A DNA stretch of 64,000 nt from Guillardia theta CCMP2712 (GCF_000315625.1 NW_005434620.1:185631-249630), one strand, 5' to 3'; positions 36,951 through 51,257 are shown, counted from the stretch's first letter. Notes: generated by a model not told the origin, from the letters alone. Numbers and translations are program-made.

Positions 36951-39009
36951 TCTTGCCTGCCGCAATGGAGCATGAGACGGTTGAGATTCTGACAGCTGCA
37001 GGAAGAGCAGGAGGGGCACAAGCAGAAACAGAAGGAGGAGGAGGGGCGCAAGCAGAAACACGAGGAGCGGGAGGAGGAGGAGCAGAAACAGGAGGAGGAG
37101 GAGGAGGAGGAGGAGGAGGAGGAGGAGGAGGAGGAGGAGGAGGAGGAGGAGGAGGAGGAGGNNNNNNNNNNNNNNNNNNNNNNNNNNNNNNNNNNNNNNN
37201 NNNNNNNNNNNNNNNNNNNNNNNNNNNNNNNNNNNNNNNNNNNNNNNNNNNNNNNNNNNNNAAAAGAACCAAAAGCAATATAAACATTATAAAATAGAGA
37301 CCCCTTTGCCCCAGGTGTCGACATTCAAGCTATGTTTTGTAAAACATTCCAATCAGATTTTGAAATCAATTCAAAGATCTTGAAGGAAAATCTGGCAGAG
37401 GATGAAAATTCTCCGGCACAGCGGTTCGGGACGGGGGGTGGGTCCTTTTGGCTATTCGGATTGAGTTCATGACAGCAGCCTGACGGAATTCCTCAGTACC
37501 AAACATTTTACTTATTTAATAGGGTTTAAAAAAATTCGGTTCGTTGTCCCGCTGCTGACTCCGTGACCCCACCTACTAACAACCTGTGTAAAGTAGACTT
37601 AGGGGTGGGGTTGTTGGCAATAGTCATTCCGCCACTGGGCAAGGTAGTCGGGACGGTTCAAGTAAGGTTGTAGATTTAACATCTCTCAGAACAACCAAGA
37701 AAGTGCGAGCGAGCTCCAAAGGGAAGGGAGGGGACAAGACACTCTGACAACCAAGAAAGACAGAAACGATGCAAAAACGGAAGGAGGAGGAGGAGGAGGA
37801 GGAGGAGGAGGAGGAGGAGCAAACCTTGTCAGTTTTCGATCGCTCAGATTCAAATTCTTCTCATCGCGCAGGCTCAAGGTGCGCGAGATGCCGGTAGCAA
37901 CCTGCGCAGAGTCAAGAAAGGGATGAGCAAAGAACGCCAACAGGAGCAGAAGAAACGAATTCAACTCAGAGTTCAGGCCAGGGAGGGAAACGAATTTAAC
38001 TCAGGGTTCAGGCCAGGGAGGGATGGAACGGATGGGAAAGTGGGGGGAGGGTAAGTTGGAGGCTGCTGTGGATACAGAGGAGTGGAGGAAGCGAGAATTT
38101 TCTCATCTTATCTAAGTAAACATGAGATGCTATCAACCATGCTTCCGAGCATGCGTGCTCCAGCCTCGTTCTCTGCGGAGTATGAAAGCCATGCTAATTC
38201 TGTTGCTGCTGATCTTGACCCTGATTCTGACGCCACCTCCACTCACCGCCCTGCCTTCCTTTCAAATCGTCCGCTCTCCTCAAGTCTGACCCTGTCATCG
38301 TTGCATTCTCTCAAGACTTTGATCCATATCCTCCCTGTCTTCTTCTTCTTCTCCTCCTCCTCCTCCTCCTCCTCTTCCTCCTCTTCCTCCTCCTCCTCCT
38401 CCTCCTCCTCTTCTGTCGTGCTCTGGCCCGTGCATCACGCCCGCAATGGCGGTTGAGTCTTCAAGGGGGGTGGTAACAAGAGGGTGGATGTAAAACAGGG
38501 GGTGGGGGTAGTCTCCTCAAGATACTCAAGGGGTAGTGGGGACGGACTGAGCTGTTGACTAAACGGGAGGGGTGGTCAGGAGTTGTAGTAATTGAGGGGT
38601 ACAAGGGTGGTTTCAGTTGCCATCAGCAGGGGTGTATTGAACAGGTAAAGAGGAGGTAGGGGTACTCGATTAGTGATGTGTAGCAGGTAGGTAATCTGGG
38701 GAGGGACGTAGCCACCGAAGGTAGGGGTACACAGATATATGAACGTTGAGTTCGAGGGGGGTAGGGGGTGGGGGTACGAAATATTGACGAAGGGGTTAAA
38801 AGTTGCCAGAGAGGGGGGGTAGGGGTTATCGAGGAAGTTTGACAAGGGGAGTAGGAAAAAATCTGAGTGGAGGAGGAGGTCGAGGAGGGGGAAGGAGGAG
38901 GGGGAGGGAGGGAGGAGATGGAGGACGGGGACGAGGAGAAGGGAGGACGAGGAGGGATGAGGAGGTGATGGAGCAGGAGGAGTAGGAGGAGAAGAAGGAG
39001 GAACCTGAC

Positions 39010-40867
39010 ACGTGCGGTGTTGCTGGTAGAGACGGATCCTCCATCGCAAGGCTCCACTTTGCCTGCCTCTGATCAGGAAAGGAGGAAGAGGAGGCGGTTG
39101 AAGAGCACCTCCGTGGTCCTTGATGGATGGAGGTTCGCATGCGACCAGATCAGCTGCATGGCGATCAGACGAGCATAGGAGAGGAGAGAGGAGAGAGGAG
39201 AGAGGAGAGAGGAGAGAGGAGAGGAGAGGACAAGAAACTGTAATACGAGGATCGACAGAAAGGAAGGGGGGGGATGGGTGGGACACGAAGGTATGCAGGT
39301 AAGGGATACTTGCCTCTAGGCTCGACACCGTGCTGTCCAGCTTGGAAAGACTCAGACCCTTGACACAACGACGTCAGACGCAGCGGGAATGAACGACAGG
39401 AGAGGAACCATGGCAGCACGTTCCTGCTCCATCAGGGCTACTTGGTTCTCGAGCTGGAGGACGCGCTTCTGTGAGAGATCATTGTCTCGCCGAAGCTGAC
39501 TGTTCTCCTGCTCAGCAAGACGTGAGAAAGGACGCTCCCGTCTCCCTCCTCTCACCTCCTCGCTCTGCTCGAGCCGTTTGATCGCCTCTCTTGTTGCCTT
39601 CTCTGCTATCGAGTGCGACTGCGAGCGGCTCTCAACCTGCCATGATCTTAGCGAGACAATGCTGAGCGACAAACGGAAATGCAGCAGGATAGACAGGCAG
39701 GCAGGCAGGCAGTCAAGTCAGTCAGTCAGTCAGTCAGTCAGTCAGTCAGTCAGAGAACAAGTATCTACTGACCTTGACCTGCAGCTCCTTGAGGTGAGAA
39801 TAAACTTCATGCAGCTGGCTCTTGAGCTCTTCGATCTCCTTGTCCTTGGATGCATCTGAGTCCCTGCCTTCACGGGCTTCGGGGCTCACTGGATGAGGAG
39901 CAGAAAGTTTGACCAGCCGCGCGCTGGTCGGTCGCGTCTCAATCCCTTCGTTCTTGGGAGCGGGAGGAGAGCTGTTCACTTTCTTCGAGCTCCTCTCCTT
40001 CTGCTCGCCGGCAGGGCTGCCAACAACCTTCCTCGGCAGCCTCAGGAAGTTGGGAGAATTCTTCGAGGGAGAGGAGGAAGCCTCAAGGATTTCGATGCTG
40101 TCGACGTGAATCTCCACCTTCGTTGTGAAGCCATCGGGACCGCACAGTTCAGCATCCTGTGAGGCTCGTAACGACAGACTGTACACGAGCTCGCCATCGC
40201 GTTCGCTGCCTTCGCCGCCTGGCACAAGGTCATACCCAAAGACCTTGGCAAATCCGTTCTTGACGTCGGCTCCTCGGCTGTTGTACTCCCAGAGGATGAA
40301 GACGAAGGCGTCTGAGCGCGAGGCGGAGATTTGAAACTTCTCTCCATCGAACTGAGCATGCGATTTCTTCTCGCGCGACCAAGTCTTCTTGACACGAGAC
40401 GTGCGCACTAGCTTGTTGCTCTTCCTCTCGAACTTTCCTCTCGCCAACACCCTTATCTCCACGTAGAACTCCCCGGCGCTCCGTGAGTTTATCGGCAGGT
40501 TTACCACGTCAGCGATGGACAAGTTCAGCCTGAACCTTTCTTGTGTCGTCTCCTGCGTGGGTGGTCGGTCGCCATGGCTAGGGGAAGCTCGCACGGCAGC
40601 AGCCTCCTCATCCTTCTCCGCCTTGTCAGCCTCGGCAGGATGGTCATCAGAAGCCTTGCTGGCAGAGTCCGAGAGAGACTGCGAGTTCTCGGAGAGCAGG
40701 AAATCAAAGTCCTCGTAGGGATCCGCAACCTTCTTCTCTCCCTTTATGTGTGCTGTGGGGAGTTCTTCCACGTCCATGGCGACCAAGAGTGCAGCATCCA
40801 GGCTTGCAAGCAGTTCGTTATGATCATTGCTCCCACCGTTGTGGATCGTTTCGCTCATGGTTTGCAA
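39010..40867 (-). CDS. C2-domain plus coiled-coil protein; 3' end uncertain
   Basis: LNLSIADVVNLP..FYVEIRV..RTSRVKK..FDGEKFQI..VFILWEYNSRGADVKNGFAKV is a C2 pattern; downstream coiled-coil exons. Confidence 0.65.
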
Positions 40868-41522
40868 ACACGTATTCAGATCTCAGTCCTTGTAGTACTT
40901 GACACGTTCACTGTCGGATTGTAACCCAGTCCATCCGCTGGCTACAGTCCCGTCGGAAACATCAGCGTCAGCCTCTCCTACCTACCAGGCTGCAGTTTCA
41001 CCCTCTCCTTTCAATTCTTATCGGGTCTTTATCAAAGTACCTCCCAATGTCACGCAAGCTTCTTCTCGGGCCTTGCTTTCAAATTTCTGCTCCTCCTCAA
41101 GGATCTTGATCTTTCTCCCTCACCTTCCTCAGCTTCTCTTCGTGCTTGTACTCTTTTTGTTCATAACTTCTCATCGTCGTCATCGCTGTCTCTTCATCGC
41201 TCCGCTGCATTCATTCGTCTCCCTTCAAAATAGCGCATTTATCGCCATGTTCAAGTGGGTGTGATATTGTCCTTCGTCGTACCCCCCACCCCCTACAAAT
41301 TCATTGTACCCCTGATGAGAATAGTGATTATTGATTATTTGCACATGGGGGTAGTATCACCCTACCCTACTCGGTGTTGTCTACCCTACGGTAACTTGAT
41401 GGACATCGTCAGGCCGTGCGGGACTCGAAGCAAAACAAAACCAGTGCAAGAGAGTGGAGATGAGCACAACTGAGGAGATGACGATGTAGAAAGATCAGAA
41501 GAAGTGATGAGGGAAGAAGATC

Positions 41523-41640
41523 AAGAGACATCAAGGAGAGACATCAAGGAGAGACATCAAGGAGAGACATCAAGGAGAGACATCAAGGAGAGACATCAAG
41601 GAGAGACATCAAGGAGAGACATCAACGAGAGACATCAAGG
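41523..41640. repeat. 13-bp minisatellite (GACATCAAGGAGA), about 9 copies
   Basis: Read directly from sequence. Confidence 0.9.
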
Positions 41641-41908
41641 AAGCGGGGAGAAGAAGTGAGATGTAGAGATGTAGAAAACAGAGAGAAGAGCGAGAAGTTT
41701 TGAGAACTCAAAGAGCGATAAGGTGAAGAGAGATACGGGGAGGAGAGTGAGAAGAGAATGATGAGAGAACAACGGCAAGAGAGTGAATGTAGTAAAATTC
41801 ACGACATCTCACAAAGGACTCGAGCACTAGATACATTCATGACACGAGAGCAATCAGGCCAGGGGCAGCACGTGATGTTAAGACAGGAGCAAACACGTCT
41901 TTCATTCC

Positions 41909-42847
41909 TCATGCTTTCTTCGCTCTCTTCTCGAGCTCCAACGTCTGATGTCTCAGCTCCTGCACGTCCTGCGTCAGCGTGTGGATCGCGATCTCATCTG
42001 CCTGCAGCCGAGCCTCCAGCGCCTGCACTGCCACGTCGTCCGTAGGGATCGCGCACAGAACTCCTCCTGCACACCCATCGTCGGAAGAGGGGACGGGAGG
42101 GATCGCAGAGCGGATGCTGTTGGCAGCATCGTTGGCATCCGCCACAGGCTGCTGAGCTGGAGGAAGGGCGTTCAAGGACGGGCTGGTTTCAGCCAGAGAC
42201 TGTGTCCTTGCCTTGGAAGCGGTCGATCCGCGCGTCTCCTCCTTCCTGCTCTGCTGAGAGCTCCCTGTAGCAAGGGAGCTGCTCTTGGCTGCTGCCGCAT
42301 GAGGCTTCGCAGGCTCTTTCAGCTCCTTGGAGAGTTTCGCGTCTTTGTGCATGCCGTCCCGTTGGTCTTGCCGTACACTGTCAAGGGTAGCCTGCAGCAA
42401 GCCGAGATCCGAAGCGGGAGGTGAGACTACTGTCCTCTTCCCGCCCTCCTGCGGCCTCAGGCTCTCATCCTGCGGCTTTCCGAGCGAAGAACGAGCGTTC
42501 CATGGAGCATACACCGTCGAAGCAGCGCGCATGATCCTCCCCTGACGCCGAGCAAACTTGTACCCCTGTGAGTACGGGCTGTAGTCCTCGTGTCCTCTTC
42601 CTCCCATCTGTGATGCTGCTGACTTTGCATACTCCATCCCAATCTTTCCGTGCTTCATCTCTACGACTTTCACATTTGCATCGCCGCCGTAAAGCAAGGA
42701 AGAGCCATCGGGAATAGGGAGACCTCCGATAGCATAGCATACCGTGATCACAGCAAATACTGCAATAATTCCAGACATGAACCCCCGTCTGTTATGCACA
42801 TAATTTCCACTTTGGTGACACTTTGAAGGTTCTTCAGCCTGTACCAT
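41909..42847 (-). CDS. Hypothetical membrane-anchored protein with C-terminal coiled coil; intronless
   Basis: 312-aa ORF, TM GIIAVFAVITVCYAIGGL, terminal heptads VQALEARLQAD..LELEK. Confidence 0.7.
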   Translation of the reverse strand: MVQAEEPSKCHQSGNYVHNRRGFMSGIIAVFAVITVCYAIGGLPIPDGSSLLYGGDANVKVVEMKHGKIGMEYAKSAASQMGGRGHEDYSPYSQGYKFARRQGRIMRAASTVYAPWNARSSLGKPQDESLRPQEGGKRTVVSPPASDLGLLQATLDSVRQDQRDGMHKDAKLSKELKEPAKPHAAAAKSSSLATGSSQQSRKEETRGSTASKARTQSLAETSPSLNALPPAQQPVADANDAANSIRSAIPPVPSSDDGCAGGVLCAIPTDDVAVQALEARLQADEIAIHTLTQDVQELRHQTLELEKRAKKA

Positions 42848-42977
42848 CCTGACTATTTGCTTGTAGAATGAAACTTGCTCCCGAGCTCCTAAACAGCCGC
42901 TTCACAAACCACAGCTTGTTGAGGTTCCCTGCCTCTTCCTCTGAATCTATATCTCCTCCTCCTCCTACGATACTCCT

Positions 42978-43080
42978 CCTCTTCCTCTCTTCCTCTCTTC
43001 CTCTCTTCCTCTCTTCCTCTCTTCCTCTCTTCCTCTCTTCCTCTCTTCCTCTCTTCCTCTCTTCCTCTCTTCCTCTCTTC
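42978..43080. repeat. (TTCCTCTC)n pyrimidine microsatellite
   Basis: Read directly from sequence. Confidence 0.9.
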
Positions 43081-43543
43081 AGGCACGAAGAGCCATGGAG
43101 GCGTGGAAACTTTTAGGTTTAAAACTGTTTTCATCCCCTTACCAAATAGTGATTGATAGAATTAACAAAACTTTGTATTGTATCATATATACTATTAAGA
43201 TTCCAGTACTGAGATCCTTTTAAAAACATAGTATGAATACTGTTCACCCACGAGAACGCATCTCAGCAGGTTTTCACGCAGGGGATCACGAACGAAGGAG
43301 GTATCAGCGTCAAGAAGGTCAGATGAGATCGAGGTATGAGCATCAAGACACCTTCATAGAGATATCAGGGTAAGATAAGGGCATCGGTAAGTCAGGTCAT
43401 CTCATGTCCTGAGACCAAACAAGGGCTAATACGAGAAAGAAAAGAAAGTGGTCGAGAGAGGTGAAGGCAACCTTGCAAGAAGGAAGCGGCGAGGAAGAGA
43501 CATAACTGACAATAGGAAACGATGTTTGAGATCGAACAGTACA

Positions 43544-44539
43544 ATGAAAATAGAGAGAGTATATAGATTCTCCAGCCGAATCTACGTTGCAATTCTGATC
43601 CCAAGTTTCTTGGGTGTGTTTGTTAGCACGACGGAAGAACCACGTTGGGAACACGATCTGGCCTCTTTCTCCAAGCTAAGCACGAAACCTCAACCATCTC
43701 CATCCTATCTCTCGCAGAACTGCGCAAAGAGCATTACAGATAGCATGGCAACATGTTCGAGTGAGAAGGAGCAAGCCCTGGTGGTGTATAACCCCGATCC
43801 CCTGCTGGCCTCGTTGCATGAAACCGAGCACGAGTTTCGACTTGAATGGACAGGGACCGGGCGCTCTCTTCCTGACAGTGTGAAACTGCAGCAAGGAGGT
43901 AGAGGAACAGGGGCCACGACGTGGGCGGCGGGATACATCCTCGCTACTTTCATCGCGAAGTACCACTCGAACATGGAAGAGAAGTTGCCCAGAACCTTCG
44001 TGGAGGTCGTGAAGACGAGGGGGCAGGAGTTCAAGTTCGAGGATCGGACTGTGGTAGAGCTGGGAGCTGGTCTTGGACTTGTGTCGATCGTCTTGGGGAT
44101 GTTGGGAAGCAGGGTTGTGTCTACAGATGGGGATGAGACGGTCATTCCTTTCCTTGCCAAGAATGTGCGCGCGTACAGGCAGCATATGAAACACGTTGTC
44201 AAGGTTGCCAGGCTGCACTGGGGTTCTAGCGAGGATGTACAGCTATGCATGTCCAGGCTGCCGGCAGAGGGAGTTGAAGGGGGGACAACGGTAGATATCA
44301 TCATGGCGGCTGATGTTGTTTTCGGTCAAGATACGCGCGTGTGGGAAGCACTTCTTGCTACAATGCTTAAACTATCGCATCGGGGAACTATCATATTCTT
44401 CGGCTATTCAAGTCGGTACGACTTGGACAAGAAGTTCGTAGAAAGCTTATCAGAGTATTTCCTAACTGCGGAAATCCCTTCGGAAGACTGGAGAGACACT
44501 TACGAACAGACTTCCGTACAAGTGATGATAAGAAAATAA
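43544..44539 (+). CDS. Methyltransf_16 (METTL21-like) protein-lysine methyltransferase; intronless
   Basis: TGATTWAAGYIL, motif I VVELGAGLGL, VVSTD, LHWG, DIIMAADVVF. Confidence 0.9.
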   Translation: MKIERVYRFSSRIYVAILIPSFLGVFVSTTEEPRWEHDLASFSKLSTKPQPSPSYLSQNCAKSITDSMATCSSEKEQALVVYNPDPLLASLHETEHEFRLEWTGTGRSLPDSVKLQQGGRGTGATTWAAGYILATFIAKYHSNMEEKLPRTFVEVVKTRGQEFKFEDRTVVELGAGLGLVSIVLGMLGSRVVSTDGDETVIPFLAKNVRAYRQHMKHVVKVARLHWGSSEDVQLCMSRLPAEGVEGGTTVDIIMAADVVFGQDTRVWEALLATMLKLSHRGTIIFFGYSSRYDLDKKFVESLSEYFLTAEIPSEDWRDTYEQTSVQVMIRK

Positions 44540-44666
44540 ACAGCATTGAAAGAATCCGACAAGGACAAGATCTTAACACTAGTACTAGTTCCTACGCAAT
44601 TGTCTGTTTACTGTAACATTTCGAGCAAATTCAGCATGCAACAATCAAAGCCATGGGGATTCTAAT

Positions 44667-45628
44667 TTACTGCTTGATGTTGTTCTTAGCCTCGTCAACA
44701 GCTGCAACAAAAATGAATCACATCAGAAATCAAACAATCAAAAATTTGAATTGTAGATAGTTAACAGTGGGGCAAATCGAAGGGAGAGCCAAATCAGTCG
44801 AATTCTCACCTCCCTTGATCTGCTCAACGAGCTTCTTGCTGATACCCTCCTCCGCGTCCTTCTGCTTGACGAAGTCGAAGGCCTTGAGGGCATAAGTTCC
44901 GATGAGAAGAGAAACCTGCTTGGCAGTGTCGCTGAGTCCCTTGTCTCCCTCCTCAGGCAGCTTAGCTGTAAACCAGTGACGTCAGACGACATGAAGTCAG
45001 AAGCACTTGGAATACCGCAGTACACGCCAGCTCCTCCAGCAAGAACGGCAACGAGGATAGAGAACTTGGAGAAGATGAGACCGACAACGGCGAGGGCGAT
45101 GCCAGAGGCCTTGGCCTTGTCATCCTCCGACTGCATCTTGAGGGCGGTGGCGCGAGCGGGCTTGGCGACAGCAAAGGAGCTTCTCTTCAAACCAGAGACA
45201 GCAGAGGCTCCCTGGCGGAGCATGAGAGTCTGGGAAGGGGTGTACGCGAAAGCATCGGCCTGTTTCCGAAAACGTAAGCAATGGGGCATAACAGAACTAC
45301 ACAAGGCGCAAGGCAAAGGCGGCATGGAAAGAATCATGAGGAACAAGAAGAAGAGAGTTATAGGCAGAGTCATAATCAAATCTCTTGATAGGTTTGAAAG
45401 AAAAAGATTGAGGACCACTCTGCATCGGAACAATCTGCTCTAACCCATTGCATCCCCTGAACAATCCGAGAGGTTGCGGGATCACGGACACAAGGAAGGA
45501 GGCAGGGTTGGAGGATCAGGAATCAGAGGGAAGAGAAAGGGACACTGCATTATTAGGATCACGATGTACAGCATTGAGCGACTCACGGAGGCGAGCATGG
45601 CAGCGACGAGCATCAAGCTTCTCATCAT
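44667..45628 (-). CDS. Plastid-targeted small hairpin membrane protein, probably thylakoid; function unknown
   Basis: Signal peptide MMRSLMLVAAMLAS spliced to ADA-F, Ser/Ala/Arg transit peptide ending LKM, two-helix hydrophobic hairpin, amphipathic tail ..AVDEAKNNIKQ*. Confidence 0.75.
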
Positions 45629-45659
45629 GAGCATTGTGGAACGGCAGACAGCGAAGCGC

Positions 45660-46445
45660 GGCAAGGGACCCCTACTACCCCCACCCCTGGTGGATCCTGT
45701 CTATACCCCATGTTTGATCTAGGACCCCTGTCTGATGACCCCCACCCACAGATTTCCATCTTCATCTCCGAACGGCAACCCAGACCATTTAAAAATACAC
45801 CCCACCCACAGTGGAAATTGACCCCCCGGCCTGCACCGGTACCTTACAACGAGTAGAGGGCCACCCCCACCTAAATAAATACGCCACCCACCCTTTCCTC
45901 GACTACCCCCTACCATTTAGATTCTCGGTGTTGAACCAGAGCACAACTACCCACCCCTACTTTGAAAATAAGGGAGGGGCATCTGCTGAGATATGGACCG
46001 GTACCTTGAACGAGGGATCCTGGTATTCCCACCCCCTGCTTTACCTCAAAAAGTGGGTAGGGGTAGTCTCAATGCTGACTTCACCGTCATGAAAACCTCG
46101 TCGGATCAGATGCAACCACAGACTACCCCTACCCCATCTTTATATCATCAACCCCCTCCCCTACCCAACCGGTGGTGTCCTTCACTCTACTACCCCTATT
46201 CACGACTCAAGAGATTCTAGAAAACTCAGAGGACCCCACCTCCTAAAATACCACCACGATGCTTCTCCTCTCATTCTTGACTACCCACCCTATTGTTGAT
46301 CGAGGCATCCACCTCCGGACCCTGACCGATCCCTTCATAAAGCCGTAAGGCTACTAAAATCGATGGGGTGGGTTATCCCTCTTGCCACCCCACCATGCTC
46401 TCATGATTGCCTGTTGTTGAAAGGACCCTACCCCAGACCTGCCCT
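45660..46445. promoter_or_regulatory. TACCCC/CACCCC-dense non-coding block between divergent genes
   Basis: Dense ACCCCTAC, ACCCCCAC, CTACCC motifs; similar blocks lie upstream of many other genes in the window. Confidence 0.45.
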
Positions 46446-47029
46446 CCACTCAGTGACTCGGAGTCCGGCCCGGTGACCGGCCGCACCCGTGACCTGGCAC
46501 TGCCGCAGTGAGTGGTCCCAACTCAGTTACTGGCCGGGCGGGTTTCGTCGAAGTAGGCTTGCTGGTACGGTAGGCTTGGGCCAGTGCCGTCGAACTTCGG
46601 AAGTAGGCTTGGGCCCGGGCAGTGGCATCGGGCCGGCGGCCGCCCTTCCGGGGCGGCGGCGCCCGGCCGGGGCCCTTGGTTTAACGACTTGAAAGATCCG
46701 AAGATAGAGGTCCGAAGTCAAATTCGCAATTTATGTTGTACGTTTTGCTTTCTTCAGAAATCCCTTCGAGTGAACTCGGAAAGTTGACTCGATCTCCCGG
46801 CCGCGACCGCCGCCGGTATCGGAAGCCGCCGGGGCCTGTCACGGTAAGTTCACCTCAGGTAGTACGGTACGGTCACGGGGTCACAGTGGCCGGGCCGGGC
46901 CCGCCGGGAGTCCCGTTTTATGAGTCGGCTACGGGCAATGCCGGGCATGCTCCGATTAGCTAGCAAGGAGGACAAGGAAAGCAGCACCTGAAGCAGCACA
47001 GAAAGCAGCAGGTCAGAGAGCAGGTAGGG

Positions 47030-47890
47030 ATGGAGGTCGGGCGGAGGGAGGTGCTGCTCTTGTACCGGTCGCTGCTCAAGGCTGCCAAGCGCCTGACGGA
47101 AGAGAACCAGAGGAGGTTCGTGGCCGATAGAGCTAGAACTGACTTCAGGTGCGGTCACCCCACCCCTGCCTCCTCTCCGTCCTTGGAGTGCTGCGAGTGC
47201 GGTAGAGCTGTGGCGAGAGGTGGATCTGGGAGGTGTACTTCATACTAGAGGTATCCTGGGGTGACGCAGGGAAAGGAAGAGGGATATGATGAGGATGATA
47301 TGGTGTGCCGGCGGGAGGATGTGTGATGTTCCTCATGGCATGCGGATCCCTGGAGGAGTTTGCGCTTGGATGTGTGGAGGTTTTGTCGTGATTGCACTCA
47401 TACGATGATAGCGAGCAATCAGTTGAGAAGGCTTCGAGATGCAACTTGAAGCTTTTTCAAAGCTGGACCTTCTGTCTTACAAGCATGCACTGAAAGCTTC
47501 TTGCTCAGGAAACACAAGACCCTGACCGACCCTGACGAGATATTGCTCGAGTATGGGGAGCAAGGTTGAGAAAGGCAATTCTTCTCTGACGCTCTCTTTC
47601 ACGCGTGCAGGTATAGAATGGGGCTGACATATCTAGACACTGTAGAGATCCGCGTGAATCACATGGAAGTGAGTGAGACTGCTCGTGTTCTTCTCCCTCG
47701 CCCCTCCTGCCTCGTGTTCCTCCTGCTATCTGCTTTGCCTGTGCATCCCCAACCAGGGTGATGACGAGGATACTTCATGATGTGGGACGTCCGCTGTACC
47801 GTCTCTGACCTGCTCGACCGCAGGCGGTGCTGTCGGCGTCGCCGGCGGTGATAGAAGGGGGTCACATCCCGAGCTCAGGCCAGCATTGAT
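47030..47890 (+). CDS. LYR-motif mitochondrial protein
   Basis: EVLLLYRSLLKAAKRL..RARTDFR spliced to KHKTLTDPDEI..G matches the Complex1_LYR pattern. Confidence 0.85.
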
Positions 47891-48029
47891 GGGTCATGGG
47901 CGGGAGGACTGACGATCATCAGCGACACAAGTCGAGCTCGTGTACATGTGTAGCTGTTGAGAATGAACCGATGACGTGATCGAGCCGGAATGTCTTCGAC
48001 AACCTCGACCGCGAGGAAACAGCACGAGA

Positions 48030-48440
48030 TTGCTGGTTGGATGCGTCATGGAGGATCTTTACTTCAACATGCTATGGTTACAGCAACCACTTGGCTGTCT
48101 TACAAGTGAACGTTCCAAGTCTGCGCGATGTTGGTGCCGAGCTCACCCTGCCGGCAGCATCAGAAGGATGTATGATAACAATAGAGATAAGGCGACACAC
48201 AAACACAAGGACAGGTCACATCTCTTACGTTGTCGATGTCGGCGGAGTTGACGGCTTCAGCCTGCTTGTAGGAGAAACCTCCGAGGTGAAGCTTGAGGTT
48301 CTTGAGGGGATCGCGCTTGAACAACTCAGTGAACTGGACGAGAGTTAGCGAAGAGGAAATCAATGTCTGCAATGACAAGCAAGACAAATCATCGCAAACA
48401 TGATACGGTCCGGACAGGCAGAGGAGCCTATGAATACATG
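48030..48440 (-). CDS. Small multi-exon hypothetical protein
   Basis: Codon-biased exon FTELFKRDPLKNLKLHLGGFSYKQAEAVNSADIDN with GTAAG donor; next exon GELGTNIAQTWNVH. Start unresolved. Confidence 0.4.
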
Positions 48441-49742
48441 GAACAACAAACAAGCAAAGCTACGGGTCACATATGCACTTGATGTTTCATTCATCTCTAC
48501 TACAATTACTACTGCAATATCAGCACAGCATCAGCACACATTTCAATCGAAGCATATCGCTACAACATTCACTTGCACACTCGCCTCCATAAGTGATATC
48601 ACGAGTGTTCTTGCCATTGAAACATCTTCTTATCCTCATAACTTTCTCCTCTTGCTGAAACATTCTCACCATTGCACAGGGGGAAAACTGATGGCTCTTC
48701 AAGTACCCACCCCCCTCAACAAGGACATCGACTACACCCCCTCCCAAACTCTGAACCCAAGTTATACAGAACCGGAATTACCATGCGGGTGGGGTGGAGT
48801 CAAGAGGTAGGGTACTCTTTTACGAAGGGGTACTATCAGAGGGCTGAGGTCCGGTGGGAAAAGCCAAAGATTGGGGGAGGCAAGTGATAGAGAATTTAGA
48901 GGGGTGGGGGTGGTGGACATTTAAAACCAAACTACTGTTTTAAGATTTTGTGAGCGATATTTATATTATTGGCAGATACCAAAGATTTATGATCCGCATT
49001 GTATTATTTGTTTTTGTTCTGATATATTTTTAAAATAGTAGCTATTCTAAAATTTACATCAAAGAGGCTCTTTCCAGTAATTTTTATAACACTATGATTG
49101 AACCAAACTGCTGTTACTCTCGTTTTAAAAACTAACATAATTGTTTTTTAATACAAAATTTTTCTCTTAAAACGAATATTGATAAGCATATACATTCAAA
49201 ATATCTTTTTAAAAATCGCTCTAAAACGTTTTGGCCTCGCCGCCGCCGCGTGCCCACTATGCTCTCTTTCGCTCGAGCAGCTGCCGCCGGCCCCTCCCGC
49301 TCGGTACTCTCCTCCCTCCTCTCCCCTTCCCGCCTCCCAGGAATCTTTCTTCTTTCACCCTTGTCCACTCTCCACGTTGCGATCCCCTTCCACCTGGTCC
49401 TCCAACCGTAGCGTGTTGGCTCCTGTTCTTTCAAGATCCGCTTGAGTCCGGCGTCGCTCGATGCTCTCTGTCTCGTTCCTTTTGCTATTTTCTGTTTTCA
49501 CATGACCGTATCTTTGATGGAAAAGCAAATTGTGTCTTGTTTGAATCTTCTTTCATGCTCTGAATGTCCGGAGGTTCCTGGCGGTTGTTAGTACTAATCG
49601 TTTGACCGGCTTCTCTGTTCCTTTTTGACCGCATTGAAATCTTTTTCATTGTGTTATTGTGGTAAACTTTCACCTTGATGTACAAACAGTTTATCTTGCG
49701 TGTTGCTTCTTAGATTGCAAATCATCGTTTGTTGTCAGATCC

Positions 49743-51116
<1,374 letters not shown>

Positions 51117-51257
51117 TCGATGCGCCTGGAGCGAGAGGCACGGAGGATGAAAGGGAAGAGAATCTTAGCATGTGGAGGAGATAAAAGTAGAAGCACTTTC
51201 CACTTTAGCCAGGACTGCATGAGAAGTTCTTGTGTACTTAAGAGATAATTTTTCAGT

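Noticed and set aside
36950-39010. C2 gene and cyclase gene as one giant gene
   Set aside because: An N gap and two intergenic-type blocks separate them; continuity is unsupported without cDNA.
41523-41640. Possible CRISPR-like array
   Set aside because: Head-to-tail 13-bp units with no spacers, in a eukaryotic context; it is a minisatellite.
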